Shown piece after piece: positions 61,501 through 64,000 of a stretch of 64,000 nt of DNA. This DNA is from an uncultured Poribacteria bacterium (GTDB lineage: Bacteria; Poribacteria; WGA-4E; WGA-3G). Position 1 is the stretch's first letter. Each line of letters begins with the position of its first letter. The notes beneath the pieces are model-generated. The model had not been told where the DNA came from. It ran no database searches and saw only the letters and a program-made list of their open reading frames with translations. Position numbers and translations under genes: made by a program. Location of the stretch: assembly GCA_958296135.2 (NCBI GenBank), contig CATQHZ020000001.1:4352001-4416000 (forward strand), given 5' to 3'.

Positions 61501-61593
61501 GTGGATTTGATTGGTTCGGTGATTACGGTGAGTTTGAAGACGATGGAGATTGTCGAGGGGTTGCCTGAAATACTCTATGGAACGGAGCGTTAG
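58501..61593 (+). CDS. Fused type IIG / type ISP-like restriction-modification enzyme (nuclease + N6-adenine MTase + TRD, no helicase)
   Basis: RLDG..WEAK nuclease motif, GIVYTPQPIVDF, DAFVGTGNF (motif I), IGNPPY (motif IV), GVKTNRD, YRPF and LEWVVKQY ISP-type C-terminus. Confidence 0.9.
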   Translation: MPTLTLKPTHKTVTAYYDALDRYRQHGVTHETAVRAAFQALLEACARQLDWTLICEQTLRLPGRNPLRLDGALLDEHSLPRGTWEAKGVKGNLRAEIDKKFDAGYPQDNILFQTPERAMLYQNGTEVLDADITERETLVTVLQTFFAYERANAAQWRAAVARFKELVPELGTEAANIIKTQHQTNAQFRADFADFHHLCKTAINPNLSEAAVEEMLIQHLLTERMFRTVFEDPDFAHRNVIARHIEKVLKGPLATVWNRGEFLRKLSPFYREIEREAATLVDFSQKQHFLNTVYEQFFQGFSVKQADTHGIVYTPQPIVDFMVKSVDYLLKTQFNRSLADSGVHLIDAFVGTGNFIVRLMREIPKTKLEAKYRHELWCNEMLLMPYYIATLNIEHEFYAATGTYLPFEGISLVDTFDLAEDRQLSLLTEENTARVAKQKASPMFVVIGNPPYNAGQVNENDNNKNRKYPTMDALIRDTYAKDSRLTLKNSLYDPYVKALRWASNRIGKQGIVALVTNNSFLDGASFDGMRKHLAQDFDALYLLDLGGNARKDTLVSNANVFGIRVGVSINFFVKSDAVGGTSRSRLPARIFYHRTDNKWDKNQKFEFLGHSEHVGNVDWQTLQPDARHTWLTEGLNPEFLTFTPIGSKAAKQMKGAAAGVIFHTFSNGVKTNRDAWACNFNRETLAANMQRMIGVYNAQVSQWRDREDTSEISVDDFVDGDDTKIKWSGDLKTALKKGIFAQFSDEKLRTSLYRPFTRPFLFFDRLMNNSTYLWPYIFPTPDTETENRVICVSAIGANKPFHTLMASVIPNLHLTGDSQCFPFYIYDEDGTNRRENITDWALENFRAHYGDDTLTKWDIFNYTYGVLHHPGYRERYAADLKRDLPHIPYAEDFWAFAEAGAQLAELHVNYETQPQYPLTFVEDATKQLDFRVERMKLSKDRTRLIYNKFLTLEGIPQEVFSYRLGPYSALEWVVKQYRVKPEPRSGIVNDANDAENPRYIVDLIGSVITVSLKTMEIVEGLPEILYGTER

Positions 61594-61979
61594 GGCCTGA
61601 GCGGCCGCCACCACGTTCGCGGGAGACAGGCCCCCGTGCTACGGTAACTAGCCTATCGCGGGAGACAGCGTCTGTAGAGCAGAATCGCCTAATCCTGACC
61701 TGTTTGCGATGCGGCGAATTCATCGCAAACGACAGAAAAGGAGAACTGAATCGTTCTGGATTCAGACATTTTTTGTTGACAATTCTCCAGTGTTGTGATA
61801 CTATATATCCTATCATTTGGAAGCCTGCCACCGGAAAAGGGCGTTAACAAGAGGACAGGCACCCGCCCTACGGATTTAATAGTGCGGTAGGAAAAAAATC
61901 ACTTACCATTCACGTTCGCGAGGGACAGGTTTTCCCTTGCGCTACAGTGAAAGGCGTATTGACTTCTTAAAGGAACATC

Positions 61980-64000
61980 ATGCAGAAATCTTATTCCCTC
62001 CTTCTCTGGATAGGGTTCATCTTTCTCATCGGCGTGAATTTCGCCCACAGCCAGCAGTATGTCATCGTTGATAGCCAAAACGGCGACAGACTCACCGGGG
62101 TCTGGCGCGGTGCCAACGATACCGAATTTGAGATTGAATATAACGGACAGGTTTTGCGCCTCCCACTCATGGGACACACCATCCGTTGGACAGCAAACTT
62201 AGAGCATGTGCCGGATAGGACCGCGGTTAAGCACTATCGTAATGGGCTCGATCTACTGGAATTAAACTCACCCGAGCTCGCGAAACGGCGATTTGAAGCC
62301 GCGCTGGAAGAATTCCCAAAATACGCAGACGCGCACTACCAACTCGGATTACTCTATCAAGCAGCGGGAGAAACCGACGCGGCGTTGGAACGCTTCCGTT
62401 CGGTGGCGATGATAGATGCCGCCAGTTTTGAACTCGTGCCGCTGTTTCGGAAGATCGGCGACACCGCGCTCGCTACCGAAAATTACGTCGCGGCAGTCGA
62501 TGCTTATCAGTTAATTCTGAACTATCACGCCGAACACGAGTCGGTGAGAACACTGAGTTACCTCACCGGGTTCTTGCTCGTGGAACAATTACAGGACACG
62601 GAGAAGGGACTGGCACTGCTTGAATGGGCGATCAAGCAGTTCCCCGATGCGCCGTTGCATGAAAAAGCAGTCTTCCAGATAGGCAAACTGCAGGCGGCGA
62701 CGGCGCAGTTGGAAAACGCGCGCCACACCTTGTCAGGATTCGTGCAACGTTATCCAGAAAGTGAATGGGTTTATGAGGCGCGCCTCGCCCTAGCGATTGT
62801 GAATCTACGGCTCGGTAGAAAACAAGAAGCAGCCACAGAAGCGAATCTCGTCCGAACGCTGAGCACCGATACGGCGTTAACGGAACGCGCCGAAGAAATT
62901 CTGGCGGAGAGCGCGTGGAGCGTTTACTCGCAATTAGAAGGGCTTCCCGATAACGCAATTCAAGCCATCGCTATTGACAGCACGCGGCTGTGGATTGGCA
63001 CGCCAAAGGGAGTCATGCTCGTCGAAACCTATCTCGATGGCTGGATGCCTATTCCGGCGGTTGCGAACCCGATTAATACGCATTTCGCGACGGTGCCGGA
63101 TGTCCGAGCGATTGCGGTAAATGCGCACGAAGTTTGGATCGGCACCCGACATCAGGGCGCGCTCCATTACAATCAAGAAACAAATGCAATCACCATCTAC
63201 GCACCACCGGATGCCCTGCCGAGTGCCTGGGTCCGCGATATTCAGATGGATGAGAAGGAGCTCTGGTTCGCGACAGATGCCGGCGTAGTGCGCCAGCCCC
63301 GCGAAACCGGCGAACGCTTGGTTTACAATACACAGAACAGTTTCATCCCATCAGACGATATTCATACGCTGGCGATAACCGACACAACGCTCTGGGCCGC
63401 CGCGCGAGACGGGAACGTTGCGACGTTCGACCGGCAGTTGCAGGAGTGGCAATCTTATCACTCCACCGAAACCGAAGAAGGCACCGCCATCGCCAGATTT
63501 GACGTTGCCGCGGAGCAACTCCTCTTCACGTGGTTCAACGCAACAGACAAGGCAAACGGCTATTTTCAGGCGGAATGGAATGGCGACAGCGGGCAATCCA
63601 CGACACTCCTCACCGGCATTGAAGAACCCGCCGATTTAGACGCGATTTACATCGCTGGCGTTGTGGATACATCGCCGCTAGACGAAGCAGACGCGCTCCC
63701 ACCCAACGGCATAGAAACAGTGCCAGATGAGCCGCTACCGGAAACGGAATCCGTTGAGGAAAGTTTCCCTGAAAGCGGCGAAGATGGCATATCTTCTGAC
63801 GCACTGTCTAGAGTAGGAGAGCCCGCCGGTCTCGAAAAACTGCATACCCCGTTGGTGCTCTGGATAGCCACGAACGACGATGTCTTTGTCTACTATACCC
63901 GTTTAGCCACCGATAGCGGGTGGAAGACAATCCGCACGCCGCGGACGCTCATCGGGGAATCAACGGCGCAGTGCATCGCCGTAGCAAATGATAGAGCTTG
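61980..64000 (+). CDS. Partial secreted TPR + ligand-binding-type beta-propeller protein, runs off the window end
   Basis: Not in the ORF track. ATG 61980 gives MQKSYSLLLWIGFIFLIGVNFAHSQ, TPRs (DAHYQLGLLY), then GLPDNAIQAIAID..LWIGT..G blades; TTGACA-17-TACTAT promoter at 61776. Confidence 0.85.
   Translation, partial: MQKSYSLLLWIGFIFLIGVNFAHSQQYVIVDSQNGDRLTGVWRGANDTEFEIEYNGQVLRLPLMGHTIRWTANLEHVPDRTAVKHYRNGLDLLELNSPELAKRRFEAALEEFPKYADAHYQLGLLYQAAGETDAALERFRSVAMIDAASFELVPLFRKIGDTALATENYVAAVDAYQLILNYHAEHESVRTLSYLTGFLLVEQLQDTEKGLALLEWAIKQFPDAPLHEKAVFQIGKLQAATAQLENARHTLSGFVQRYPESEWVYEARLALAIVNLRLGRKQEAATEANLVRTLSTDTALTERAEEILAESAWSVYSQLEGLPDNAIQAIAIDSTRLWIGTPKGVMLVETYLDGWMPIPAVANPINTHFATVPDVRAIAVNAHEVWIGTRHQGALHYNQETNAITIYAPPDALPSAWVRDIQMDEKELWFATDAGVVRQPRETGERLVYNTQNSFIPSDDIHTLAITDTTLWAAARDGNVATFDRQLQEWQSYHSTETEEGTAIARFDVAAEQLLFTWFNATDKANGYFQAEWNGDSGQSTTLLTGIEEPADLDAIYIAGVVDTSPLDEADALPPNGIETVPDEPLPETESVEESFPESGEDGISSDALSRVGEPAGLEKLHTPLVLWIATNDDVFVYYTRLATDSGWKTIRTPRTLIGESTAQCIAVANDRA

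Overview
Bacterial chromosomal window of moderately high GC. A recurrent C-terminal 'V-x-x-x-G-K-x-T-T-x-W-x-x-I-K/R' motif, sulfatase/TPR/beta-propeller content and dense GTAG-type palindromic repeats suggest Candidatus Poribacteria or a relative (inference, not verified). 1-35.6 kb is mostly housekeeping and metabolic: ABC ATPase, Ldh_2 dehydrogenase, sulfatase, GlmL-like ATPase, cysteine desulfurase, COG3014/LpoB-like lipoproteins, thrS, an ECF sigma factor, glnA-glnB with a sigma54 promoter, dcd, glcF-like, larE, def and Bat-like genes. 35.8-61.6 kb is defence-rich: a complete type I-B-like CRISPR-Cas locus (cas6-8-7-5-3-4-1-2, about 72 repeats), four tandem lipocalin-like lipoprotein paralogs, three tandem PD-(D/E)XK nuclease-like paralogs, an HrpB-like helicase and a fused type IIG/ISP-like R-M gene. 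The main unexplained signals are small hairpin modules inserted at one site of REP-like palindromes (one nested), REP-like elements read in frame inside proteins, a shared ECF promoter, a positionally conserved 20-bp motif, a putative C-terminal sorting signal and an internal Cas11 start in cas8. All alignments and counts were done by eye.
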